Of a stretch of DNA of 64,000 bases, positions 1 through 13,405 are shown in pieces. The first letter of the stretch is position 1. Every line of letters starts with the position of its first letter. The DNA is taken from NCBI GenBank assembly GCA_030141605.1, contig JAQGDQ010002370.1, positions 337,167-401,166 on the forward strand, written 5' to 3'. The notes under the pieces were generated by a model. That model was not told where the DNA came from, did not search any database, and worked only from the letters and a program-made list of their open reading frames with translations. The stretch comes from Tubiluchus corallicola (lineage: Eukaryota > Animalia > Priapulida). The translations under genes and the position numbers were made by a program.

Positions 1-454
1 CTCATCATGATGTTATTCATTCGAGTTGAAAGAAAAGGTGGCATGCTATTTTACTTGGCAGCAGTTAAAAACACACTGCCTTATATTTTTTACGGTATTC
101 CACGTAAGCTATGCAAGTTACGGGCTCTGTTACCTGTTGGCTTGTCCGGCTTGCACCTGGCATGGTTTGGCATCAAGTGGTTTCGAACCAGCTAGCGTTG
201 ACATGTCTGCTTGTTCCTGTTGACGTTTGTTTTCACGGATCCACGCTTATCAGTCGCTAGGGCTCACTGAGTTCAGGACTTGTGTCAAAAGGTACGTTTT
301 TCTGTTGGTAGCAGTTGACGGTACTTGCTTTTCCGCAGCTGCGGGCAGTAAGCGTAAGATCCTCGAGCGGAGATGCAGTTTCACTGTGATGAAGTACTTT
401 TGTTGTAAATAGCAGTTGTAGAGTCTATATGGATTACAATTTAGTTTGTGAATA

Positions 455-620
455 ATTCAAGGTGAAACAGAGTATTTGTGTCGTCGTTGTAGACAGCTTG
501 TGGGCAGCTTTATGGCTTTACACAGTTGCGAAGCTTGACGCTGAAATCACTAGTATCGGCACAAAGCCGTTCTGGCGACCCGCAGATGTATATCCCTCTG
601 GTGAGACCCGATGACGTGAA
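455..620 (-). mobile_element. Possible degraded BEL/Pao LTR-retrotransposon gag zinc-knuckle remnant
   Basis: Minus strand reads, across stops and a frameshift, VARTALCRY**FQRQASQLCKAIKLPTSCLQRRH/NTLFH, resembling the Cys/His array ending in HxTLLH of BEL/Pao gag. Very decayed. Confidence 0.25.
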
Positions 621-1436
621 AGAACGCACTTGGCTTTCTCGCTATTTTTGTTCCGTGATTACCGGAGAAGTGGAACAGCTTTTGCGCTAAATCTAGCTTA
701 TCCCTTACGATGTCAGCGTAACTACTTGGGCAAACCAAACGAAAAACATCCGTACAAGGAGATGTACGAGAAGGTCATTTTGGACGCTACGGGCAACTAA
801 TTGTTGCTGAACCCGGCTTTGACGTGGCCAGACCTCAAGGCCTTTAATTTTTTATTTATTACCAGTCTCTTAACGTACGTCTCTGTTCATGTAATTGTAA
901 TTGAGCAATTGTTCAGAAATTTCACAAAATGTTGTCGTAAATTTTCTTGTAACGTTACTCGCTACTGAATTTCAATTATTTTTGTTAACACAGAATAGCA
1001 GGCCTATGCGTTACTCCATTTTATACGTTTCATTTAACAAACTTTAACTTTAGTTTTATGTAGTCGAATTTCCGCAGTTTGACATTATTTCCTCAGTATA
1101 GATGTTATGCACACTTAGCTTTTTTATGTAGCGAACACTTTGCGTCCAGTAATAAGCATTATGCAACATGAAAATTTCATCGTAAACTCCATATAATTCT
1201 TACATATCTTAGTATAAAACACGAAATTTGTCTTTACGATGAACATAAGCGTTAACCGCTTTCGTAAATCTTTTTTCGCACTTTCTATAAAATTACTTGA
1301 AGCGTAATTAATTTTTCAATAAAATTTAATTTTTTCTCATACGCGCTTCATGCAGGATCACGATGGTGATCACAGGGTGATATTATAAATAGACACCTCT
1401 TACGAATCAGTATCCCGGCGTGGAAGCACTGCTGCC

Positions 1437-3678
1437 CGGTAAAATGACGTAAGTCAAAATGGCATAGGAAAAAAAGGAAAAAGTGTGCAAATGGAAAAAT
1501 AGGAAAAGAGGGACAAACGACTTACACAACATGAGCTCTGAATTAGAGTTATTGTTCGGGATAATTATTTTCGTTATTTTGACCTCTACCAAGGAAGTTA
1601 TGCTTCATGCTGTTTGTTTTTTGCCTGTCTATAGCTGCAAGTCTATTACCCAAAGGCCCACCTAATAGATTTCTATGAGAGTAGGAGACAAGAAAGACAC
1701 AATTTTTACCAGATTCCTGGATTGGGGATGGAGCAGTACTGCCAAGAAAAGTATATGTTTTTTCGCACGTTCTTTGTTTTCACAAAACCTGACCGAACAC
1801 TACGCACAGAAAACATTGGTGAAGCAATTCGTAGAGGTCTCGAATACTACGCACAGAAAACACTGGTGAAGCAATTCGTAGAGGTCTCGAATACTACGTA
1901 CAGAAAACATTGGTGAAGCAATTCGTAGAGGTCTCGAATACTACGTACAGAAAACACTGGTGACGCAATTCGTAGAGGTCTCGAATACTACGCACAGAAA
2001 ACATTGGTGAAGCAATTCGTAGAGGTCTCGAATACTACGCACAGAAAACATTGGTGAAGCAATTCGTAGAGGTCTCGAATACTACGCACAGAAAACACTG
2101 GTGAAGCAATTCGTAGAGGTCTCGAATACTACGCACAGAAAACATTGGTGAAGCAATTCGTAGAGGTCTCGAATACTACGTACAGAAAACACTGGTGACG
2201 CAATTCGTAGAGGCCTCGAATACTACGCACAGAAAACACTGGTGACGCAATTCGTAGAGGTCTCGAATACTACGCACAGAAAACATTGGTGAAGCAATTC
2301 GTAGAGGTCTCGAATACTACGTACAGAAAACACTGGTGAAGCAATTCGTAGAGGTCTCGAATACTACGTACAGAAAACATTGGTGAAGCAATTCGTAGAG
2401 GTCTCGAATACTACGCACAGAAAACACTGGTGACGCAATTCGTAGAGGTCTCGAATACTACGCACAGAAAGCATTGGTGAAGCAATTCGTAGAGGTCTCG
2501 AATACTACGCACAGAAAACACTGGTGAAGCAATTCGTAGAGGTCTCGAATACTACGCACAGAAAACATTGGTGAAGCAATTCGTAGAGGTCTCGAATACT
2601 ACGCACAGAAAACATTGGTGAAGCAATTCGTAGAGGTCTCGAATACTACGTACAGAAAACACTGGTGACGCATTTCGTAGAGGTCTCGAATACTACGTAC
2701 AGAAAACATTGGTGAAGCAATTCGTAGAGGTCTCGAATACTACGCACAGAAAACACTGGTGACGCAATTCGTAGAGGTCTCGAATACTACGCACAGAAAA
2801 CATTGGTGAAGCAATTCGTAGAGGTCTCGAATACTACGCACAGAAAACACTGGTGAAGCAATTCGTAGAGGTCTCGAATACTACGCACAGAAAACATTGG
2901 TGAAGCAATTCGTAGAGGTCTCGAATACTACGCACAGAAAACACTGGTGAAGCAATTCGTAGAGGTCTCGAATACTACGCACAGAAAACACTGGTGAAGC
3001 AATTCGTAGAGGTCTCGAATACTACGCACAGAAAACATTGGTGAAGCAATTCGTAGAGGTCTCGAATACTACGCACAGAAAACACTGGTGAAGCAATTCG
3101 TAGAGGTCTCGAATACTACGCACAGAAAACATTGGTGAAGCAATTCGTAGAGGTCTCGAATACTACGCACAGACAACACTGGTGACGCAATTACGTGGAG
3201 GTTTCAGACGGAGTGCTATAGCTTTTTGGGAAGATGAGGACTTAGCTACAAGAGAGGGGAATTCTTGTTTTATTATCTCTACCAGGGCAAACAACTACGA
3301 GCTAGTTACGTTTATCAGTCTATTACCAAAGCAAAATGGTTAAAGAAATGTAGACAAACACCATGTGAAACGTTTGTGCATTATTCATTATAATTCTGTT
3401 TAATAAACAAAATATTTTGGGTCCTTTGCTAGTCTATATAATACTTATATAGGTATATTATAGCATGTTATTATAAAACTTTGTTTTTAGTTTTTTCTAT
3501 TGAAAGAACGAACGGGTTTTTCGACCTTGGCGGAGGTCTGTTTCCTGCTGAGCGCATTCTAGTCTTGTCATACAAATTATATGCATCAAAATAACATATA
3601 TACAACTTTTTTTCCTGCGTTTTCATTTGTGCTGTTTTTTCCTATGCAATTTTTACTGTGCCATTTTACCTACATTTG
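1437..3678 (+). mobile_element. Composite non-autonomous element, copy 1: outer inverted-repeat element carrying a Helentron-associated (HINE/DINE-like) core
   Basis: Outer ends have AAAATGGCA-type motifs on the left and TGCCATTTT on the right. The inner core has subterminal inverted repeats ACCTCTACCAAGG (~1582) and CCTTGGCGGAGGT (~3525) and ends ...GCATTCTAGT (~3563). Homologous to 34216-35108 and 47197-48170. Confidence 0.6.
1799..3195 (+). repeat. 47-bp minisatellite, about 30 head-to-tail copies
   Basis: Unit ACTACG(C/T)ACAGAAAACA(T/C)TGGTGA(A/C)GCAATTCGTAGAGGTCTCGAAT with no spacers and essentially three recurrent variable positions. Confidence 0.98.
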
Positions 3679-5274
3679 CAGGCACGTAATTGTTCCGGTT
3701 AATTCATTAAGAGCGTGGGCAGTGCGTTTTCCATCGAAGCACCGGTTCCGTAAAACAGCCAGCAATAGAGGCGGTAAGAGAAAATTTATGCACGTTATTC
3801 CTTCAAATTCCTGTTTAGTTTTCACGTTTTTGGTATTGTTTGTAACAAACTGAAGCTCGCATCATTGCCGACTTGAACCTTGAACTTCTTGGCCGACGTC
3901 AACGTTACAATATTTGACCAAAGAAAAATTATAAGGTCGAAGCTTATGTTTTCTGTTTGTCACCATTAAGAGCTTTGCTGCAAATTTTGTTCTCCCGAAA
4001 ACACCCCAAAACTGTTATATTCCAGTGTTTATTTGTTTATCCCAAGGTAAACGGTTTCTTTTATATTTGTGTACCACATTCTTGAAAATTTGTGTGCTGT
4101 GCTAGATTTGCGACGGTGCTTTGTGCGAGTGTTTTTTCGGTACTGTGGATTTCGTACTTACGGAAATGATCTGTTAAATTAAATGTGTTAAAATTATAAA
4201 TTAATTTGGTCATTTTTGGGGCAAAAAAGGGCAAGTTGTTTAAAAGCGCTAGTTGTGATTTCCCGTAAATTATGTTGATTGTTTTTAATTAAGTAGATTG
4301 CTTCCTACGTTGACACCTATTCAAGTATCGCCGTTGTTTTGAAGCAAGAACGTTTAAAAATGTATGTCATCAATGAGGAACATTTAGTGTTTTGCTGATC
4401 TATGCAAAAAAGTAACGATTTAAAGACTGCATATTACTAGAATTAAATGTTTGTTTTGCCGATGAAAGAAATTCCATACTTACCGATCTAACACATTAAG
4501 CTGCAAATTTTATGTTACCTGCAGGTAAAGCTATCCAGCTTAAGGCTATAATGCTAGATTGTTGCAGTACTTGATGGTGAAAAACGTGCTATTTTTTATT
4601 AGAACTGCATATTAACTTCTAGTATTAATTAGTGTTGCATTACGATTATAGTTGAAGATGTCTTAGCTAAGCACTTTAATTTAAATTAACATTAAAAACT
4701 GTGTTACTGCTGCAAGCACGTAATCTAAGACAACCATTAAAAACTAGTTAATAGTTCAAATGGTCACGCGAAGTTTAGGCTACATTATTTTCGGTCACAC
4801 TAAATTTACATTATTTTACATTACATTACATTAATTTACATTACATTAGCCTACATTATTTTCTCATGATGATATGAAATTCCTTTGTATAAGATATAAT
4901 TTGACACCATTGCACTAAAATTATCAACGATTCAGGAAACATTGACAAGTGTAAAATATTAATGAGTTATAAATGCGTTCTCACGGAACAAATTAATCGT
5001 ACATGGTACGGGGTCAGTAACTTTATAAACATGTCCTTTGCTCGATGCAAACTTCTTACATGCACGACAATACGATTTTCTGATTTTAATTATATGTCAG
5101 TACCTATTTTGATATCACTTTTCAAGTTTTGTGCTTGACCGGTTCTAGCGCGACGTGTAACAGTAATTTACAGAGCACGATGGCACTTTCTGGCGCAATT
5201 GCTAACAGAAGGTTTTCTGCGTTTTCTGCGTAAACACTGTTTTAGTTACTACAGAAAAATTCTTTTCGGCAAAT

Positions 5275-5623
5275 ATGGCTTCTATATCAAATAACAAATG
5301 GGTAAATGTTAAGTACTTAATATAGTTTAATGTACTTGAATTTGAAAACAATGAAAAACGTTTGAAACAGTTAGATAAAGTAATGAGGATGTTGGAACAT
5401 TTACTCACTAATCGGCAAGTTTTATTTAATAAAACCGTTTTTAACTCTTCAACAAGTTTAAAATGTGCATTTCTTATAGTAAAAGCTATTTTACTTGTTT
5501 GTTTTTAGCGTTCCATCATTGGACTATTCATTTGTATTACTTTTATGGCTCAGCCAGGTGAAAGTCGTGGTGTGTACAATAGAAAAGGTTATAGGCGGAG
5601 GCATGTTCCAATAAGACTAAGAG
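5275..5623 (+). pseudogene. Pentraxin-like paralog C, 5' exons (signal peptide plus basic peptide)
   Basis: Exon 5275-5301 (MASISNNKW|gtaaat) and exon 5509-5623 (tttttag|RSIIGLFICITFMAQPGESRGVYNRKGYRRRHVPIRLR g|gtaagt). Same intron phases as, and clear similarity to, gene B exons 1-2 (MKRW|YSVAGFVFACLDIMAQSGGSRNAY...). No pentraxin-domain exons found downstream. Confidence 0.7.
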
Positions 5624-5937
5624 GTAAGTGTGTGATCAACATTATAGCCTGTGTAATCTGCATTTACTATTTGCACAAATTTATTATTACAACATTACAG
5701 GGGAATCTACTTCTTCATTTGCCGGATGAATAGCTTATTATTATATAGCTTATGATAGTTGATCAGTTGGCCAACTTTATTTTGTGCTTAATTTGTTTTT
5801 ACTGAAATTAAAAGAACTTAGCTTAAGCATGGGTCATGGATATATTGGCAGAATAACCATAACCTACTTAACATAACACTAGCAACTACAAGTCGGAAGG
5901 ACGCCCTTAAAATATTTTGCGCATAACTGGGAAGATA

Positions 5938-6022
5938 CTGTTGTAGTACTGTTGCTGCTGTTGTCGTTGCTGTTGTCATCGTCGTCGTTGTTTTGTTATT
6001 ATTTCTATTACTATTATTATTA
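5938..6022. repeat. Compound degenerate trinucleotide microsatellite (GTT/GCT/GTC/TAT)
   Basis: Directly visible. Confidence 0.8.
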
Positions 6023-6325
6023 TCTAGTCAATAAGCGAAAATTCCGCGTGGTTTCGAATTATTAACGGCAATGGGAAACTCAGTAATTCTGGTGGTAACA
6101 ATTACTAATAGATATGATGCATATAGAAATATGCATATACATTTAGAACGCAGCAATTTGAATGCATCTCTTTTCAAAAAGCATTTGAACTCTGTGCAAA
6201 GATTTCAAGATGCGAGCCGATTTCTGTTTTTATGCACTTTTTCAAAAAATTGGGTGGATGTGGTCGAGAAGATGTCCACTGATGCAAGATGTGCTCATGC
6301 AGATGCTCATCGCGCAAAATCTATG

Positions 6326-8142
6326 TGTTATAAACTGATAATACTGGACTGCTCTCCACTTTTAGTGGAAGCAGAACGGATGGCACCGCGGCCTACACCG
6401 TGCGGCATGACTCAAAGACAAAAACCAAAATGAATAAAATAAAAATGACAATTTATTACCCAAACAAAATAACTGTTCCAGATAGCTTTCCGAATGGAGC
6501 AACAGAAAGCCTGATGAAGTGCGAACAGAGCTGAGATGAGATGAGACGCCCACTGACCACTGACAAGGATCTACAGCAGACCTACCATTTTTATAAGCTC
6601 AGGTGTGCACGTGACTAGTGGCTCCCACTAACACAAGGTCAGAATAAGCGTCTATGTGCTAGTTAAAGCCGGACGTGTGCTAGTTCACACGCACACCTGA
6701 GAAGTCTGCTGTATTCTCCTGCCAGTATTACACTACCTCATCACAGCCCTGCAGTACACTGTCCCCCTTCCTCCAGACAAAGAAGTCCCTTCTTTGAAGA
6801 TCTAGTCTTCCATCGGGAGGGAGAAGAACAGCTACCTACACAGACCAGAAAGCAAGTTCGAGCACTGCTAATCGGCAATACAAAAAGTTTTTCCTTCCAT
6901 TAATCAAATAGAATCACAGAAATATTTTGCAAAGACTGGCAATTCTACAAAACAACATGAGCTAGTGCATAACGCCTACCGAATTACAAACTAGAAGATG
7001 AAGTCAATGTCAGATTTCTTGTATGAATAAATTAAAGTTAAACATTACATTTCTAGTAACAACAATTTTTATATAACGGCGAGTCGACTTAAAAAAACTT
7101 CCAACTAAATATGCCTAAGTATGTCTACGTAAAAATGCAAAAATGAACGAAATAAATGTAATCAGATATCCGCTATCCGTAAATAAACGTAACGTAGTGT
7201 AAATAATCCGCACGATCTGCGATTCTTAACGATTCACCAGTACCAACTATGTCTCAATAAGCAAATGCAAGTAAGGTGTGTGGTGTGGACTAGCCCTTAG
7301 TCAAGCAACAACGCATCCGATACCACGGGTGTAACACCTGGGTTGGTAGAGCTTGCCTGGAAAAGATGAACGCTAGTACGCATGTCAAGCATACAGTTAG
7401 TTCAAGTGAATTTCCACTGCAGACCCAGCATAAGATTTATTGAGCTTAAGTATTGGCTCCTATGGCGAAAAACGTCGATTCTCCATAAATTTCCAAAATA
7501 GCTGTGCTGTACAACAGAAAAAAGGTAGTAAATCTGCTTACACCAACTATATTCATAGCGGGAAACCAAAAACAAAAAGTTATATGCCACTTTATCTTTA
7601 AATAAATCAACATCTTTAATAAGCAACAACAATGCTGACAACTTAACTTCTAAAAAAAATTTAACACCTTACCGTGTTCGATTAACTTACGCAACCGAGG
7701 GCTGGTCAGTGGTCAAAGTCGCTCTGTTCACATGGTAGCCAACGGGCAAGGCTTTGTCGCGAAGCTAGAAATAGGACCTCGAAGAACGAAAGCAACAACA
7801 ACAAAACGTCAATTATCGAAAAAGACTAATTAGAACTAGGCATCAACTGGAATCGGTTGACTTAAAACAACGAAATTGAGAATTTCGATCACGACTATCT
7901 ACTCGTACATCATAGCTGAAACAGTCTAAACAAACGGTAATTGTTTAGCAAAAATGAAATATTTGTTCTGCCATTTATCTCTCGAGATTAATGTTAGAAC
8001 AAATGACAATTTGCAATAACTATTTACAGAACAATTATCCTTTTTTTTAAATTCCATTCAAGAAAAAAACTCAAAATTTAATTAAAGAATACACAGTTGA
8101 TTTCCAATACGGCCACTTAAGAATATAGAACAAAAACTAATA
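6326..8142 (-). mobile_element. Putative 3' LTR of the Gypsy element
   Basis: On the minus strand: polypurine tract AAGGAGAGGAGGAGAGG (8165-8149), then TATTAG (likely decayed TGTTAG), TATAAAAA at 6595-6588, AATAAA at 6457-6452, and a terminal ...TATAACA at 6326. No second LTR in the window to confirm it. Confidence 0.5.
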
Positions 8143-8553
8143 TATTCGCCTCTCCTCCTCTCCTTAAAGAAGAGTGAAAATTCCATTTTTTCACAAAATA
8201 CGACAACAATAATAATGACATCATTGACATGAGGTAATCAATATACAGCCAAGGAAATATGTTCAATTCTTGGTTCCTCAGCTGCAAAAAAATATTTTTT
8301 TTTACATTTTGAAACATGCTTATTAAGTAAATTATATACTTCGAGTTAAACAAGCATCTAGTCACGTATTTTCGAATTTGACATGTGTAAGTAGTTACAA
8401 CTCCATTCTTAAGTGCTAATGTGGATGTGTCACATAGAATAGTTGCTGGAATTACGAAAATGTTTCGCGTAAGTAATTCTATGAGTGCATCTAAACTCGA
8501 GCATTTTCTTGCTTGTAAAGTGAGGGTTAAGATGACAGAACTCTCCTAGCATT

Positions 8554-11500
8554 TCATTTCTCAAGTCTCGGATTGCGTATTCGATGTGCAGTAGGGTCTT
8601 CATAGGCGAAGTTTCCATAGTGGGTTGTAGGTTGTCTTGACCTGCGGGGGTAAGGTCGGGGAGGACTGGACGGCAACTGGACGTCATCGGCTGCATTGGC
8701 TTCCAAAAAGGTTAGTGGTGTGCTAGAATGGGTCTCGCTTGATACGAGAACAGGATTAATAGAAGTTGGAGAGAGAATAGGATCCGGTAACGTAGGTTGT
8801 GAGGTTACATTATGATTGGATTGAAACGATTTGGGTTGTCTATCAACAGTTTTTCTATTGTTTATTTCAAGATTACACTCAACATTGCTCCTAGAATGGT
8901 TCACCTAGGTAGACTGCTCGCCCGAAAGAGGCGTGCGTACACTATCGCCGGCCTTTTCAGAGGAGTCCTCAGCAATTGCTGAACTGGAGCTACCAGGAAG
9001 CCATTCGTTAATGAGTTGTCGAGTTGATTCGTCGGGAATAAATTCAGCAGAGTCGGCTGTGCCAAGTAAACTAAGAGTAGTTGAGCCGGGAAAATCAACT
9101 CTTTTGGGAGTGGATGTTCGAGGTTTTGGTATAGGCGGAGATAAGGTGGGCAATGAAAGCCGTACATCACCGTTGGATGAATTGTCATGGGGAAGGGAAA
9201 GTTGATCACGAATAGGAGTTAAGGCTGGCATGGAGGAATTAAGTAGTTCTGGAATTTGGGCTGGAAAACTCGATGCATTTTCATTGTGCTCATCATTATA
9301 ATCAGCTATTCTGCATGGTGAGTATGGAGGTGGCGGCAATCCGAAAGAATCGAGAGATACAGAACGATCAAGTGCTGTCAGTTGTGGCTCGAGTTCAATG
9401 TTCTGTTCAGATTTAGATTTATCGATACCCGATGGATCGGCATTGGATTTATCGGCACTAACTTCGGGATCAAGGCTATAAGTTACTGTAGCTTGGCTGT
9501 CAGATAATTCATTGAGTGAAGGCGTTTCACCAGGTGTCCAGGAAAATCCAGTGGCTGGCGTATAACGCCACAGACGATCTGCATGAACAATTTTGCATCT
9601 TTCTCTTGGTCCCGGCAAACGTATACGATAGACAACATCTGAGAGACGTGTTATGATTTCATAAGGTCCCAGCCAATCAGACTGAAGCTTTGGACTGCGA
9701 CCGATTTTACGCTGAGGGTTAAAAAACCAAACTTTTTCCCCAACAGAAAATTGAACATAACGAGAACGGACATTATAGCGTCTACGCATTGTTTCATGGG
9801 AAATGCGAAGGTTTTCTCTGATGAAATGGTGAACGTCATGTAGACGATTCTCAAGATTTTTAACATACTGAACGACAGTACTTGAATCAATGTTTGAAGG
9901 TGGGCGTCCTGTTAATAGATCAAGAGGCAGCCTTAATTCTCAACCAAACATGGCTTGAGCAGGGGTGAATCCAGTTGAGTCATGTACAGCCGATCTGTAT
10001 GAAAGCAAAAACAAAGGGATCTTTTCATCCCAATCACGCTGGTGGGCACTACTGAATTGCGCAAGCTGTCGGGAAATGGTCCTTATAAAGCGCTCGCACA
10101 TTCCATCGCTTTTTGGGTTAAGCGCAGTCGTTCGAGTTTTCTCAATACCCATAAGATTACAGCATTGCTGAAAGACCTTACTTTCAAAATTTCGGCCTTG
10201 GTCTGAATGAATTTCGTTTGGTAACCCAAATCGGCAAAAGAAATCGTTTACCAATACTGCAGCTATAGTCTCGGCTTCTTGGTTCGGTAAGGGATAGCAT
10301 TACGGCCATTTTGTGAAATAATCCATTGCAACTAATATGTATTTGTTGTTAGAATTAGACAACGGAAAAGGACCTGCCACGTCAATGGCGATTCGTTCCA
10401 TAGGCGCGCCCACACGGTATAGTTGTAAAGGTGCACGAGGTTTTCGCTGCGGCCCCTTTTTCTTGCAACAAATTTCGCAAGTTCGCGTCCATATTTCAAC
10501 ATCTTGCCGCATTCCCGGCCAAAACAAGCGCTGCCGCAGTAAATCGAGAGTTTTGTTTTGTCCAAAATGGCCTGCAGTTGGAGATGAATGCATTTCCGTT
10601 AAAACTTTTTCGCGAAAAGCGCGAGGGACTAACCATTGCCAGCGAGAAGACTCCCTTCAGGGCTTTCCCATTTCCGCTGCAAAATGCCATCTCTTAAACG
10701 CAGTGTGTCCCAATGCGCTAAAACCGCTTTAGCGTTTCTACTAAGGGGTGATCGCTGTTCCCATGTTGGTTTTTCGCTTGACGTTTCAAGAAACGCTATG
10801 ACGGGTGCTAGATCTTTATCATTTAATTGACCTTCTTTAAAATCTAATTCAGTATCACGCAAAGTTGTACCGACTTTGACAAATTTTGCCGATTCAGTGA
10901 TTTCTGGTTTCACACATTTTGATGCCTGAATAATTTCACTGTCAATTTTACTTCTCCAGGCTGGCTGTAAGGCATTTTTGCTATTTTCAGCTTTTGAATT
11001 GTTAGCTGTTCTTAGCGTTTCAAATTTTATTTCACGTTTGTTGCAATGAGAGCATTCGTGTTCGCATGGCCGTCTAGACAGCGCGTCTGCATTCGCGTGA
11101 CTTTTACCGGGCCTATGCTCTATCTTGTACTGATATTGGTCCAATTTCGCAAGCCATCGAGCTAATTGGCCTTCCGGGCGCTTAAGCGTGCGAAGCCAGC
11201 GAAGTGCCGCATGGTCGGTACGTATAGAAAAGAGTTTTCCGTAAAGATAGTGATGGAAGTTGGTCACCGCTTTTATCACGGCCAGGAGTTCACGTCTAGT
11301 GGCACAGTAATTGCGTTCTGCGGGGTTAAGTGTTTGACTGTAATAGGCAATTACACGTTCGTGTCCATTTTGAACTTGAGAGAGTACAGCACCGATGGCG
11401 ACATTACTAGCATCGGTGTCAAGTATGAAATCTCTATCGAAATGAGGATGCGCTAGTACAGGGGAGGAAGTAAGCAAGGCTTTAAGTCTCTCAAAAGACT

Positions 11501-12135
11501 GCAGCTGGTCTTGTTGCCACAAGAAAGGTTGATGTTTACGAGTTAGTTCGTGCAGTGGAGCTGCTATTTTTGCAAAGTCTTTGATGAAGCGCCTGTAGTA
11601 TGTACAAAGGCCAAGAAAACTACGTAGCTCAGTCAAGTTTGTTGGTATAGGCCATTTCGCTACTGCATCAGTTTTTGCAGGATCGGTGTGTACTCCTTGG
11701 GAACTGACAATGTGTCCAAGGTAAGTTACCTGCTTTTGTGTAAGTAGACATTTCTCAGCGTTAAGTTTCAGTCCGGCTGCTTGGAAGCGAGTGAAGACCT
11801 CTTGTAGACGCTCCAAGTGTTCGTCAAAGGTGTGGCCATAAACTATCACGTCATCGAGGTAGATTAGTAGGGTACGCCAATGAAGGCCAGTCAGGACCTG
11901 CTCCATAAAAAAGGCATAGCCTTGAATTGCCAGAGGCCTCTATGTGTAATGAAAGCCGTCTTCTCCTTGTCGTTAGGGTGCATTTCGACCTGGTGATACC
12001 CAGATTTCAAGTCAAGGGTGGAAAACCATTCAGAGCCTGATAGTGCATCTATCGAGTCATCTATACAGGGTAAAGGATAACTGTCTTTGATGGTAATTGC
12101 ATTTAGGGCTCTATAATCAATGCAGCATCTAGTGC
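8554..12135 (-). mobile_element. pol: Ty3/Gypsy LTR retrotransposon pol (RT-RNase H-integrase), 5'-truncated and disrupted
   Basis: RT motifs CIDYRALN..YPLP..LDLKSGYHQ (12135-11910) and YLDDV; RNase H LDTDAS..ELLAV..TDH; integrase H-H-C-C finger (HSSPTAGH..CEIC) and core IAIDVAGP..HSDQGRNFES..ERF; C-terminal WLGPYEI..VHADRL. Frameshifts or stops near 11907, 10630, 10300 and 9940. Confidence 0.97.
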
Positions 12136-12739
12136 ACCGTAGTAATCACCCCTGGACGATTCGAGCCAGAGTTATCGGTGAGCGAGAGGCCTCGGTTCGA
12201 GGTCGACATCCGGAAACATGCAACTGGGAGACATTTACTAGCTTTGAAAGAGTATAAGGCCCGACCAAAATCCTGACAAACCCACTAATTTTGTAAAACT
12301 AAATGTTACTGTTGGAAAGAGTGATTTTATAACCGAAAAAGAACGAATAGCTGGCTAGACATAAAAACACAAAGAAAACGAATTTACCCTTGAAGGTTCA
12401 CCACTCCCTCACATTCACGCCGAAACAGTTGGGAGACAAGACCTGGGAAGGCAGGAGCAGGCTTGTCTTGTTTGGCTCTCAAACTCCAGCAACCACTGAA
12501 CTCAAAGAAATAGAATGCGGTGCTTCTTATCAGATAAACATTTTCTTTACATTTGAAAAATGTATTAACGTCCATACAAATAGTTGCAAATTAATTAAAT
12601 ATAATAAAAATTGCTGCTGCCGATAGCACCATGACCATAAAATATAATTTTAATTTGGTTTATCTTTTTGTAATTTCTTAAATGAGTTAGTTACCGATTT
12701 ATTCAAAGTACCGCATCTACATTTGACTTACCTAAGTCA

Positions 12740-12905
12740 CATTTGAGTGACTACCTGTCCCTGTCTACCTGTTCACCTGTCCCAACCGAAACGGAAAGAG
12801 TGCGCACTCTGACAGAAAACCAATGTTGACTATCCAACTGATACCACCGAGAAAACAGCTTCGCTAATTTACATAATCTTTAATGAACTTAAGACAAATT
12901 AAGAA
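12740..12905 (+). pseudogene. Degenerate last exon of pentraxin-like paralog C
   Basis: Reads STCSPVPTETERVRTLTENQ.. and GAAAACAGCTTCGCTAATTTACATAAT..GAACTTAAGACAAATT, matching B's last exon (STCPGPIEMERVCALRE..KTASLIY..ELRQI) with stops and indels. Confidence 0.75.
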
Positions 12906-13332
12906 CTATATATACAAAGCATTTACACGATTCATATTACACGCCTAAACATATTTTTGTGACAGTACATTCTGTATAAAATATAACGTTAGTTTACTGG
13001 CTTTGTGACTGAAGAGTGATAAATGTGTCATTGTCAGACGATAAAGCCTATGCTAGCTATTGAATTTAAAAATCTGAAAACGGCATTTGTGTTGTGATAT
13101 ATTTTCATCAATAGGTCATTTGTTAACTGACTGATAAAATAAAACCGCAAATAAAGCAAAAAATGGGATTGATAGGAGAATATGTATGTGCACACACATA
13201 ATATATTTGATTTTGTGTGGGTATTTTTAGCTAGGCTGATTTGTTAATTCGACTCATTCAAATTCACGTATATCATGTGTTAAGAACTTACACGTTGTAT
13301 CAAATTCCAAGTATTTTTGCCACGTTTTAGCA

Positions 13333-13373
13333 CCACACACACACGCACGCACGCACGCACGCACACACGCACG

Positions 13374-13405
<32 letters not shown>

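Noticed and set aside
1799-3195. CRISPR-like regular repeat array
   Set aside because: Units are contiguous with no unique spacers, there are no cas genes, and the context is eukaryotic; it is a minisatellite.
8933-11456. Plus-strand ORFs overlapping the retrotransposon pol
   Set aside because: Antisense shadows of the Gypsy pol frame.
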